Source: Pirellulaceae bacterium
GTDB lineage: Bacteria; Planctomycetota; Planctomycetia; Pirellulales; Pirellulaceae
Direction: 5' to 3'
Assembly: GCA_041753315.1 (NCBI GenBank)
Contig: JBGSUV010000142.1
Span: 139-64,138, forward strand
DNA length: 64,000 nucleotides
The notes beneath the pieces were generated by a model, which had not been told where the DNA came from, searched no databases, and saw only the letters and a program-made list of their open reading frames with translations. Positions within the stretch are counted from its first letter, which is position 1. The number at the start of each line of letters is the position of its first letter. The position numbers were made by a program, and so were the translations under genes. Shown one piece after another: positions 48,701 to 58,155 of the stretch.

Positions 48701-49848
48701 TGTCCCAATACGTTCGATCAACTAATGATCTGAAACCGCTTAAGCTGGAAGGTATTGATGGCAGCAATCCCGCTGGTTTCCTGGCCACTTTAGGCGTTCT
48801 GGGAACGATCTGCCGTGATGCAGCAAATAACCAATCGCAACTTTCGTGGCATGAAAAGGCAGGCGTTTGGAATCCCGTTTTTCATTCTGAATGCGAAAGT
48901 GTCGCCGAACTATCACACCTTTTGGCCCAAGTGCTGCGGTGTCCATTTTCGCCTGACGCCACCTCAGAGGTTCGGCGTGAACAACGACAAAAGGCGTTCG
49001 ACACCAAGCGGACAGGATTGAAAAACTTGCAGGCCGAACTCAAGAAAAAAAAACTACGCGGCAAAGAACGTGACGCAGAATACGCGATCTCCGTTGCGCC
49101 AGTCGAAGCCGAGGTTGTCAAGCTGCGTTCAGATTGGCTTGCCGCCTTAAAAGCGTGTGTACCCTCTTCGGAACTCGCTCTTGGCAAACACCTCAATGCA
49201 GAGCAACCGGAATTGCGGGATGCGTTGCGTGACGCTGCAGAGATAGCAACCGTCGATTCGAGACAAACCGCTGATATGCTAGCGTCCTTTGGATCTGATG
49301 TGTGTTTGAAACCGAAGAGCGACAAAATGGACCCCACGCCCTTTTGCTTTACTTCCGGTTCGGGAAATCAGTATTTTCTTGATACCGCGCGCCGCCTGAG
49401 TGAAAGAATTACTGCCGCCTTATTGGAAAAATCACTTTCAACAAATGAGCCAGCACAAGATGAGAAGCTTTCCATGCGATGGGATCCGAACGAAGATCGA
49501 CGTTATGCTTTGATGTGGGAAAATCCAACTGCCAACGGCAACGAAGCCTTGACGAATTGGCCAATCAATCTTCTCGCGTATCACGGACTGCAACTGCTGC
49601 CGTCAGTGCCGACTGCGGCTGGGCTTAAGTCGGCAGGGTGGTCGAAGCACGAGCAAGAGAACTTCACTTGGCCCATTTGGACCGCTTTGCTAGGAATTGA
49701 TTGCGTCCGAACAATCATGTTGCAAAATTCTCAGAGGCTGTTCCAGCATCAGTGTGAAGTTGCTGCCATCTTCCAGTCAACGCGATTACAAGTCGGCAAT
49801 CCGCCCCTTCACAAGATCAATTTCTCACCCGCACGCAACGTGTATTAG
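48700..49848 (+). CDS. cas8g: Type I-G large subunit Cas8g (short Csb3-like form)
   Basis: GIDGSNPAGFLATLG, SGNQYF, MRWDP.EDRRYA and FTWPIW motifs; position after cas3 with a 1-nt overlap. Confidence 0.8.
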   Translation: MSQYVRSTNDLKPLKLEGIDGSNPAGFLATLGVLGTICRDAANNQSQLSWHEKAGVWNPVFHSECESVAELSHLLAQVLRCPFSPDATSEVRREQRQKAFDTKRTGLKNLQAELKKKKLRGKERDAEYAISVAPVEAEVVKLRSDWLAALKACVPSSELALGKHLNAEQPELRDALRDAAEIATVDSRQTADMLASFGSDVCLKPKSDKMDPTPFCFTSGSGNQYFLDTARRLSERITAALLEKSLSTNEPAQDEKLSMRWDPNEDRRYALMWENPTANGNEALTNWPINLLAYHGLQLLPSVPTAAGLKSAGWSKHEQENFTWPIWTALLGIDCVRTIMLQNSQRLFQHQCEVAAIFQSTRLQVGNPPLHKINFSPARNVY

Positions 49849-49910
49849 GCATGCGCATCGATTGAATAGGAGTTATGTAGTCAATTGGTATTAAGAAAGT
49901 ATCTGCATAG

Positions 49911-50174
49911 ATTAGGGAAGAGCTGGTTCAGCGAGGGTTCGACGAGCCAATCCAAGTCCGTCTCTGGTCCGCCGAAACCATGGTAGCAAGAAAGCTCAAG
50001 GGTTTCGTTTTACGCCGCAGCGCACCAAAACAACAACTTCCGTCCGCAAGTTCATGGGGAGCCACAATCACATTCAAAGAACCGCAAACTGGACCGATAA
50101 TGTTAGGTTACGGCAGTCATTTCGGCCTGGGCTTGTTTTCCCATCCACTCCAATGCGACGAAGAAACCAAGTAA
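49911..50174 (+). pseudogene. 3' fragment of a second, divergent csb2
   Basis: REELVQRGFDEP...ITFKEPQTGPIMLGYGSHFGLGLF; no start, stop codon immediately upstream. Confidence 0.8.
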
Positions 50175-50367
50175 CGCGAACACTGAATAACTCACACGCG
50201 TCTTGCAATGGCATCGAAAACTCTGGGGCCGATCCAAGGTTGAATGGGGATGGATTGGATTGTCAGCCACATTCGCTAAACTGATCCAGTGTAGAGCAGT
50301 TGTCCTCAACTGCTTTAGTGTTCCTCACAGCATTCATTCAGACATTCCGATAAACCAAGGTAAGCTA

Positions 50368-50766
50368 ATGGGCCGTTGTTGCCGGATTTGTGGAATGTCG
50401 AAGGCGAATGAGCAGTTCGGTGGAAAAGGGGCGCGGGCGGTGACCTGTCGTAGTTGCCGACAAATGCCCAAGGAAGAACTGCTGCGGATCGTGGTAACCG
50501 ATGAGGTGTACGGCTTTCTCGATCAACGCAATATCTCTCCAAGAAATATCGCTCGACTCTGCGAACTCACCGAAATCAATGATCCGCCCTTTCAAACGTT
50601 GAGGAACATCGTGCTCGAAATCGCCACGGTGACTCCACGTAAACGAAGACGGTGGAAAATCTTGCCGGATAAACACCCAGATCTGTTCCAACGAATCGTT
50701 GAGTCCGAATTGTTCGATGACATCCTCGATGAACAGTTCGATCCGATGGAGTGTGAGGAAGAGTGA
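50368..50766 (+). CDS. Hypothetical protein with an N-terminal CxxC...CxxC zinc ribbon
   Basis: MGRCCRICG...TCRSC; 132 aa. Confidence 0.7.
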   Translation: MGRCCRICGMSKANEQFGGKGARAVTCRSCRQMPKEELLRIVVTDEVYGFLDQRNISPRNIARLCELTEINDPPFQTLRNIVLEIATVTPRKRRRWKILPDKHPDLFQRIVESELFDDILDEQFDPMECEEE

Positions 50767-50797
50767 CAAGGCTAGCGGTTGATGCTTTGTCACAGAC

Positions 50798-51170
50798 TTA
50801 TGAATCGAGGTCGAATAGTTGCGCCCGCGATAGCGTTGCGGGTGGCTGGCAGAGCGGACTGATCATGGAGGATTTGTCATGCGACTGGATCGGCTGGTAC
50901 GTTCCGAGGCGAGGAGTCTGGTAGACGTGGACTTGTTCGGCCTGGACATAGACGACCCAATACTCGGGTATGTCATGCTCGGCGTATAGCCTGGCCTTTT
51001 CGCCTAAATCCTGTTGAGAGCTGGAATCGGAGAACTCGATCAATAACAGAACGTCCGAGTGCGTCGGACGAACTCGCTTGGCTGGCATCCTGCGAGACCA
51101 TACGAGGTCTGGCTCAGGACGGTGGTCGCTGCAGTTGATGAACACTCCGACATGAATATCGGTATGACGC
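50798..51170 (-). pseudogene. Uma2-family (PD-(D/E)XK) endonuclease, N-terminally truncated
   Basis: PEPDL, LLIEFSDSS, KARLYAEHDIPEYWVV motifs; frame runs up to the array end. Confidence 0.8.
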
Positions 51171-53613
51171 GCTTCAATGAGGCCGCGTTCAATTGAACGC
51201 GGAAAGGCAATGTGCCCCGGCGTCTTGTCCTCCTCCCCGTCGCTTCAATGAGGCCGCGTTCAATTGAACGCGGAAAGTGAGACGCGGCCGAGAAGCTGGT
51301 TGCTGTCGTGGTTGCTTCAATGAGGCCGCGTTCAATTGAACGCGGAAAGTTCTTTGAAGTCCACTATCGAGTGCGACGGCTAAGAGGCTTCAATGAGGCC
51401 GCGTTCAATTGAACGCGGAAAGCTCGACCTGGCCAGCGAAATGCGAGCGGCGCAGGTGCTTCAATGAGGCCGCGTTCAATTGAACGCGGAAAGGCGGTCG
51501 CTACGGACTGATCGACACGAACTACTGGCTTCAATGAGGCCGCGTTCAATTGAACGCGGAAAGATGTCCATTTGAGCATTCGTGGCCACAAACCAATTTG
51601 AGCATTCGTGGCCACAAACCTGACGCTTCAATGAGGCCGCGTTCAATTGAACGCGGAAAGTTGTTCGCTGATTTCGCAGACGCTCAAATATTCCGCCGCT
51701 TCAATGAGGCCGCGTTCAATTGAACGCGGAAAGACGAAAAGATGAACGCAAAGTTAATCACAACGCGAGCTTCAATGAGGCCGCGTTCAATTGAACGCGG
51801 AAAGGTCGACTCGGATTCGCAAAAGTTCAATCTTGTAGACATGCTTCAATGAGGCCGCGTTCAATTGAACGCGGAAAGAATCTCCGTACTGACCTGGATG
51901 CCGTAGCCCGATTCGCTTCAATGAGGCCGCGTTCAATTGAACGCGGAAAGGACAAGGGCAGCTATAAAACGTCGGCTATCATCCTTGCTTCAATGAGGCC
52001 GCGTTCAATTGAACGCGGAAAGCCGGTATCGAGTAAGAAGGTTTTGAATTGAACATCACGCTTCAATGAGGCCGCGTTCAATTGAACGCGGAAAGCCCAC
52101 CAACGCAGAAAGAGAAAACGAAGGGCGAGACGCTTCAATGAGGCCGCGTTCAATTGAACGCGGAAAGTGGTTGAATGCCGTGGTCATTGCTTTCAAACCA
52201 TAGCTTCAATGAGGCCGCGTTCAATTGAACGCGGAAAGATCCTTTCCGCGTATAAAGCATCTTCTCTTTCGAGCGCTTCAATGAGGCCGCGTTCAATTGA
52301 ACGCGGAAAGGACACAACGCAGGTGGCCGCAAAGCTAACCAAGATCGCTTCAATGAGGCCGCGTTCAATTGAACGCGGAAAGGCAGCGTACTCGACCGCT
52401 TCGAAGTTGAACGACACGCTTCAATGAGGCCGCGTTCAATTGAACGCGGAAAGTGCGGTACTGCGGACACCGCTATCGTGCCGACTACGAGCTTCAATGA
52501 GGCCGCGTTCAATTGAACGCGGAAAGGTAGCTTGTTGTTCGGCACATGCGATCAATCCAGTCGCTTCAATGAGGCCGCGTTCAATTGAACGCGGAAAGCA
52601 CCTCCGGGAACGCATCGTGAACAACTTGATCAAGGGCTTCAATGAGGCCGCGTTCAATTGAACGCGGAAAGGCGCAGCAGTTGTACCAGGGAGCGGATAT
52701 CCGTGTTGCTTCAATGAGGCCGCGTTCAATTGAACGCGGAAAGCGAACGGCGCAAGGCCAATCTTGATCCATGGCCCGACGGCTTCAATGAGGCCGCGTT
52801 CAATTGAACGCGGAAAGCATGATCTCATCCGACAGTACGTCCAATTCCTTTTCGCTTCAATGAGGCCGCGTTCAATTGAACGCGGAAAGCGTAGCGGCTG
52901 ATCCCGATTCAGCCGACGGCGTCTTGCTTCAATGAGGCCGCGTTCAATTGAACGCGGAAAGCGCGCCGTCAACCGACAATCGTCCCGCCTTCACGTTGCT
53001 TCAATGAGGCCGCGTTCAATTGAACGCGGAAAGATGGCAGACGTACCGCAAGCTTTCACTGTGGCTGGAAGCTTCAATGAGGCCGCGTTCAATTGAACGC
53101 GGAAAGATCGACACCGTCTATCGCTGCCCATGCTGCGGATGCAGCTTCAATGAGGCCGCGTTCAATTGAACGCGGAAAGAATGGTGGCTTGTGGTGAGGG
53201 ACCATTACCACAAGAGCTTCAATGAGGCCGCGTTCAATTGAACGCGGAAAGATGGATTGAAGGGGAGATTTTAGGCCGAGTTAGCTGCTTCAATGAGGCC
53301 GCGTTCAATTGAACGCGGAAAGGCCTTCGCATTTCGCTGGTTGAGCGATGGGAACAATTGGCTTCAATGAGGCCGCGTTCAATTGAACGCGGAAAGTTCG
53401 CTTGCCACAACACGGTTTCCAGGAACTGCGCCGCTTCAATGAGGCCGCGTTCAATTGAACGCGGAAAGAGATCGACGGTTCGGGGTTGTCCGGATCGAAT
53501 ACGCGGCTTCAATGAGGCCGCGTTCAATTGAACGCGGAAAGTCAGCGGACAGCCAAGCAACGACGAGCGTACCAATGGCTTCAATGAGGCCGCGTTCAAT
53601 TGAACGCGGAAAG
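51171..53613 (-). CRISPR. Type I-G CRISPR array: 34 repeats, 33 spacers
   Basis: 36-bp repeat CTTTCCGCGTTCAATTGAACGCGGCCTCATTGAAGC (minus strand; ATTGAAGC 3' end); spacers 34-38 bp except one of 61 bp; counted by hand. Confidence 0.98.
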
Positions 53614-53819
53614 GGCGGTGCTCGCAAGTGACTATAGACAAACGATTTACGATGAGCAATGCGAGCACCTGGCTCGTTCGACCTGACTTGCTTGATTCTG
53701 CCAACGGAATCCTCCCAGTAAAAACGCTATTTGCCTTAGAAAACGTGACTTGCGAGCACCCGCCGGGGGTTTCTCGGTGCCTGGCCGCTCGCACAAGAAT
53801 TTCAGACTTCAGCGCCTGG
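53614..53819 (-). promoter_or_regulatory. CRISPR leader
   Basis: Non-coding gap between cas4/1 and the first repeat; 16-bp inverted repeat at 53617-53632 / 53745-53760. Confidence 0.8.
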
Positions 53820-55634
53820 TCAACGTGTTACAAATACCGGGTAATCACGAAGCTCTCCCAATAATACTCGCGCCAATAACCGCGTCTGCAATTCTAACAA
53901 ACGACGGTAACTGACACGATAGCCAAATAGCGGATGCGTGACCAATTGATCCATCCGCTGTTCATATGAACGGAAAAAGCCCTTGCGACCCGCCGGTGTT
54001 AAGGCAACCGATTCTCCCACCCGTATGAAATCAGTTGGCGTTACCATCCGTTGATTAATCGCACTCAGCACCGCCGAATCAACCACCAACGGTCGAAACG
54101 GTTCCATCAAATCAAGCGCCAGGGCAGGGCGGCCAAATCGAGGTTGATGGTAAAAGCCAAGATACGGATCCAAGCCAACCGCCGCCGCTGCAATCGTCAA
54201 ATCCTTCGCCAACAAACTATACCCCAGCGATAACAACGCATTGACCGGATCACGTGGTGGACGACGATTGCGATGCCGAAATGCAAATGTAAACGGACTT
54301 CCCGTTTCCAACCGTTCGCTGGCCGCTTCTCCAACTTTCAACATTCCCGAAAAATGCTGAAAATAAACGCGTGCCGCCAGACCCTCAAAGCCTAAGAGCG
54401 CTGCCAAGTCCTCGGCACGCTCAGCATCAAACGAAATCGACTTGAGAAACCGCAGCGCCTCGGCGGGAGGCTCCACATGATTCCGCATTAACAACGTCCG
54501 CTGGTTGCGAATCTTGCCCACTACCAACTGCCGGGCCAGCGCCAGACAGAAACTCGACCGATCCGCCTGCCGAAACTGCTCGCGCCGCCACATGATATTT
54601 TTCAAGCCAACCGGTTGGGTCATCCCATGAAACCAGCCTCCAAAGCTGAAGTAAATCAACGGAATCTCCGCCGCCAATAACGCTTGCACCGCCTGCGTGG
54701 AAACTTGAACATTGCCAAACAAATTGACCTGATTGATCTCGTTCAAACGCACCTCTTGAACGAGCTTGGCCTTGTCCTTCACCTTCAAAACCTGATCCGA
54801 TATGCCTACTGAATAGCCTTGCGTATTCAAATACAGCGGTCGCTTCTCGTCACGCGGTGTAATGAGTTGACGGATGGCTATACTCGATTCACCCATTTCA
54901 ACGCGTCGCACACCGAACTGCGGGCCAATGTCAAAGAGCAATGGCTGAACCGCCCCAACGTCGCTGCGAGCATCGGTCTGGGCACAACGCGTTGTTTCAT
55001 CAGGCAAGCAAATCGTAACCAGAGAACAACGCGGACACTTGGGGCTGTCGACCAATGGCGGTGGCAGCGTTTGAGAATCAATGGTCTGCAGCGCTGCGGT
55101 GATCGCTGCCGTCGTCGTTTGAATCAGTTCGTCATCAATGGCAATTCGCACTCGTTGCCGCGTCTCCCAGAAGAACAAAATGCCTTCAGTGCAACGATAG
55201 CCGTTCTCTCGCAATACGAGCGCTTGCACACATAATTGCACGCGCTCAGGATCCCAGGCGCCAAGCGTCCCGTCTTCAAGCTTCTTAGGCGAGCCGCGTT
55301 TGTAGTCGATGGGCGTTGCCTGTTCCCCATCCGCTTCGACCAAATCCAACTTTGCTATAATCCCATACCGTTCGCTCGATAACGTCACGCTCCGCGCGTG
55401 AATCACATCGCGCTCAGTTGCCACACCGGCGGCGGCAGGAAGAGGATCACTTTTTGCATCCACGCGTTGGTGTCTTACCGACCCCTCTACGGTATCCGCA
55501 TTGTGGGCAAACAAGCCTTCGACATACTCGAGGTAAAACAGCCGCGGGCAATAGACGAATTCGTTAATCATCCGAGCTGGCAATAACTGTTCTTCGCGGT
55601 CCATCGCGTCAGCTTCTGGACGCGCGGTTATCAT
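53820..55634 (-). CDS. cas4/cas1: Cas4-Cas1 fusion
   Basis: YCPR, KLDLVE, DYKRG and CPRCSLVTIC (Cas4 Fe-S); GFEG, NALLS, FYH and DLMEPFR (Cas1); start could be 55604. Confidence 0.96.
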   Translation of the reverse strand: MITARPEADAMDREEQLLPARMINEFVYCPRLFYLEYVEGLFAHNADTVEGSVRHQRVDAKSDPLPAAAGVATERDVIHARSVTLSSERYGIIAKLDLVEADGEQATPIDYKRGSPKKLEDGTLGAWDPERVQLCVQALVLRENGYRCTEGILFFWETRQRVRIAIDDELIQTTTAAITAALQTIDSQTLPPPLVDSPKCPRCSLVTICLPDETTRCAQTDARSDVGAVQPLLFDIGPQFGVRRVEMGESSIAIRQLITPRDEKRPLYLNTQGYSVGISDQVLKVKDKAKLVQEVRLNEINQVNLFGNVQVSTQAVQALLAAEIPLIYFSFGGWFHGMTQPVGLKNIMWRREQFRQADRSSFCLALARQLVVGKIRNQRTLLMRNHVEPPAEALRFLKSISFDAERAEDLAALLGFEGLAARVYFQHFSGMLKVGEAASERLETGSPFTFAFRHRNRRPPRDPVNALLSLGYSLLAKDLTIAAAAVGLDPYLGFYHQPRFGRPALALDLMEPFRPLVVDSAVLSAINQRMVTPTDFIRVGESVALTPAGRKGFFRSYEQRMDQLVTHPLFGYRVSYRRLLELQTRLLARVLLGELRDYPVFVTR

Positions 55635-55647
55635 GAGTCGATACCAT

Positions 55648-55938
55648 TTAGAGGATTAAACAGGGTGAGTCGATGTTGATGTAAGGCTGCCCCAAGGACT
55701 CAATGACCCGTTCACCGCGACCGTCGCTTGGCCCCAGATTCACGAAGAGGACTTGGTCTTCTCCTTCATGGATCACTTGCTTTAATTCGTTCTTCAACGT
55801 GATTAGCTCCGTGGCGGACAATTGGCATTCGAACACCGAGTACTGCAGATGGTCGCCCCAGTTGCGCATCGTTTTAAAGACGCGTTTCAGCCGCTTGGGC
55901 TCGCAGATATCGTAAGTGATGATGTACGAATGACGCAT
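55648..55938 (-). CDS. cas2: Cas2
   Basis: YIITYDICEPKRL, HLQYSVFEC and EDQVLFV motifs; start at 55938. Confidence 0.95.
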   Translation of the reverse strand: MRHSYIITYDICEPKRLKRVFKTMRNWGDHLQYSVFECQLSATELITLKNELKQVIHEGEDQVLFVNLGPSDGRGERVIESLGQPYINIDSPCLIL

Positions 55939-56125
55939 GCACGTGTACCTGAGCGAATGAATGGCGGCGACTTCTAGCATAGTTGGCGACACGTCCCTCG
56001 ACTGCATCCGTGCACTGAGTTGCTCAAGAAAAAGCAAAATGCTGGGGGGAGACGCGCGATGTTACAGGACGCGCATCGGTTGGGGTGGGGTGATTCGAGT
56101 TGGCTAGCGGGGGGAAGGGTGCGGG

Positions 56126-56185
56126 GGCGACTCTCGGCGAGAGTCCGGAGCGAGAAGAAGGTGACTCTCGGCGAGAGTCACCTAC
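56126..56185 (-). repeat. Family-B REP copies
   Basis: GTAG-GTGACTCTC-GCC-GAGAGTCACC (56160-56185) plus a degenerate copy at 56126-56146. Confidence 0.8.
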
Positions 56186-56433
56186 TTGGTCTACCAATTT
56201 TTCAAAGAGCACGATTGAAGTCCGGACGGCATGATCTCGACAACGTTATCAGTATACCGAACTAACGAGGAGCTAACTGATAAGAGGGGAAAAAGAACGT
56301 GCGCGTCGATTGTTAAGCAGAACGTCGCGGCTATCGGGGACAACTGCTAAGCCCCTGCCCGGCGGGCACTACTCCAATCATGCGGAAGTTGCGCTGCGAT
56401 TTGCGAAGAGTGGGAAATTTGGAGATATTCAAA

Positions 56434-57003
56434 TCAAGTTGACTTGGGTTGAAATTTGCCTTCGCGAATTTGCTTCAACAAATCGTCTACACCGATCGTA
56501 TTGGCCCAATGTTCTAAATAAGTGTTGTCGATGATGTCCCGAGAGACTAACAATATTCCTGCGGAATCGGTAAGCTGACGATCTGAGGGGCTGATCATGT
56601 ACCAACGCAGCTTATGCAAGACAATGTCCTCCGGCGTCGCGAGAAATGCAGTTTGACCTAAGATAGTGACGCGACGGCGGCGCTCGAAGCGTTTCAGTTC
56701 ATAAGCGTCACCGGCCAGCCGAAAAAAGTCGACTTTGAGTGCCGAGCGGTTATCGAGTGCATTGAACTGGTAAGGGGGCTTTAGGGCAGAGCGAACACTA
56801 ATCTCCTGGATGAAAAAGTCGCCATCAAAAATAGTCACGATTCGGTCAATATCGGCATCACCGTATTCGATGACGAAATCGATATCATGGGTTGATCGCG
56901 GGATACCCCAATAGTTGCTTGCCATCGAACCAACCAGCATGTATTCAACCGACAATTGATTCAAGCGTTGCAAGCAATCTACCAGCAATTCCTGTTCAGT
57001 CAT
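56434..57003 (-). CDS. Minimal nucleotidyltransferase-like protein (DUF6036-like)
   Basis: LVGSMASNYWGIPRSTHDIDF (GS...DxD), KVDFF and PEDIVLHKL motifs; start at 57003. Confidence 0.8.
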   Translation of the reverse strand: MTEQELLVDCLQRLNQLSVEYMLVGSMASNYWGIPRSTHDIDFVIEYGDADIDRIVTIFDGDFFIQEISVRSALKPPYQFNALDNRSALKVDFFRLAGDAYELKRFERRRRVTILGQTAFLATPEDIVLHKLRWYMISPSDRQLTDSAGILLVSRDIIDNTYLEHWANTIGVDDLLKQIREGKFQPKST

Positions 57004-57226
57004 TGCGTATCCCAGCGTTGACTTGAGACGTGTACGCCAAGCGTATTCGTTGATGGAGCTGTTCTTCGACAAAGGCCTTGTCTGCCTCCGGGTAGCGTCC
57101 GCGAATGCCGTCGCGCGCAATTTCACAAGACAATTCGTGCAACTCGAGACCGATCAGTAATCGCTTTTCGCCACTCATCTGACGATACTTTTCGATTTGA
57201 TTCTGTGTAAATGTTGCAGGCGTCAT
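56996..57226 (-). CDS. Small partner protein (putative antitoxin) of the nucleotidyltransferase
   Basis: 76 aa, QIEKYRQMSGEKRL...GIRGRYPEA; 8-nt overlap with the NTase start. Confidence 0.65.
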   Translation of the reverse strand: MTPATFTQNQIEKYRQMSGEKRLLIGLELHELSCEIARDGIRGRYPEADKAFVEEQLHQRIRLAYTSQVNAGIRND

Positions 57227-57304
57227 CGGTGAGCTTAAAGAATGCGTTAGTGAATGGCTCGATGAAGTCAGCCAAACGAAGGCTGCAGTACCGCAGGAGA
57301 CAAT

Positions 57305-57388
57305 GTAGAACAACGGTCCCCAATTATTTTGGTTCCAGTTTAAGGTAACGATACCAAGGAATAAAACAATTGGGGACAATTGTTCTGC
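57305..57388. repeat. Inverted family-A REP doublet (REPIN-like)
   Basis: Forward degenerate copy at 57305 and reverse GCAG-AACAATTG-TCCC-CAATTGTT at 57365-57388. Confidence 0.75.
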
Positions 57389-57459
57389 ACATAGCCGGGA
57401 GGGGAGGTTGCGCGGCCTCAGACGCAACACAACCGCTGGCAAGGCATCGCACGTCCTGC

Positions 57460-58155
57460 TTAGGTCTCGGGTTCTGGAGCAGCTTGCAATGCGGAGCGTA
57501 GTTGGACGAGTAAGATGCCGTAGTTGACCAGCATGCGTATGGCTACCACTAAAAGTACAATTGCCAGTGGTACAACCACAAGGCTTCCGACGAATAATAC
57601 GAATAGGTAGCCGAGGTGTAGAAAGAACATCGCGCCGAAAAAGCTTAGTACAAATACAATCGGTATGAAGGTCGCCAAGGTAGTTGTGATGAAGGTCCCT
57701 TTGACCAAGGATGCCATTACACGATCGGAAGCGATCGTCAATTCCGGCCTGTGAATATGTCCTGCCAAAGCTCGTAAATAAATGGTGAAGGTCATCGCAG
57801 CAAGGAGTTGCCCGAGCACCAGCAGGAGAAACAAAAAAGTGCCCATCGCCGGGTTGCGTGGAACTTCGCTGCTAAAACCAAGTGCCACTAAAATGACCGA
57901 CACTTGAATTGCCGTGGAAACTAACAACGATTTGCTGGGAATGATCTGCCCCATCCAACAGAGCACGCGACCGATACTGTCGATCATCAATGCAACTGCC
58001 AAGCAGCAGCAGATTGTCCACCACACATTGATCTCCAGTGAATGTGCCAATAGCGCGACAAATGGTGTGGCCAGCAATACCCACATGGCCCAGTACTTAA
58101 GTCGCAGTCCATATGCGACTTGCAACCAACGACTGTTTGTAATGTGAGTGTGCAT
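57460..58155 (-). CDS. Hypothetical integral membrane protein
   Basis: 231 aa, about six hydrophobic segments. Confidence 0.65.
   Translation of the reverse strand: MHTHITNSRWLQVAYGLRLKYWAMWVLLATPFVALLAHSLEINVWWTICCCLAVALMIDSIGRVLCWMGQIIPSKSLLVSTAIQVSVILVALGFSSEVPRNPAMGTFLFLLLVLGQLLAAMTFTIYLRALAGHIHRPELTIASDRVMASLVKGTFITTTLATFIPIVFVLSFFGAMFFLHLGYLFVLFVGSLVVVPLAIVLLVVAIRMLVNYGILLVQLRSALQAAPEPET

Noticed and set aside
53349-53360. Spacer end TGGGAACAATTG complementary to the REP at 38271-38282 (self-targeting)
   Set aside because: A 12-nt match is expected several times by chance given 33 spacers and 64 kb; the rest of the spacer does not match. A full spacer-versus-genome search was not possible
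51364-53794. Many ORFs (FPRSIERGLIEA / MRPRSIERGK repeats) in the six-frame track
   Set aside because: They are translations of the CRISPR repeat, not genes
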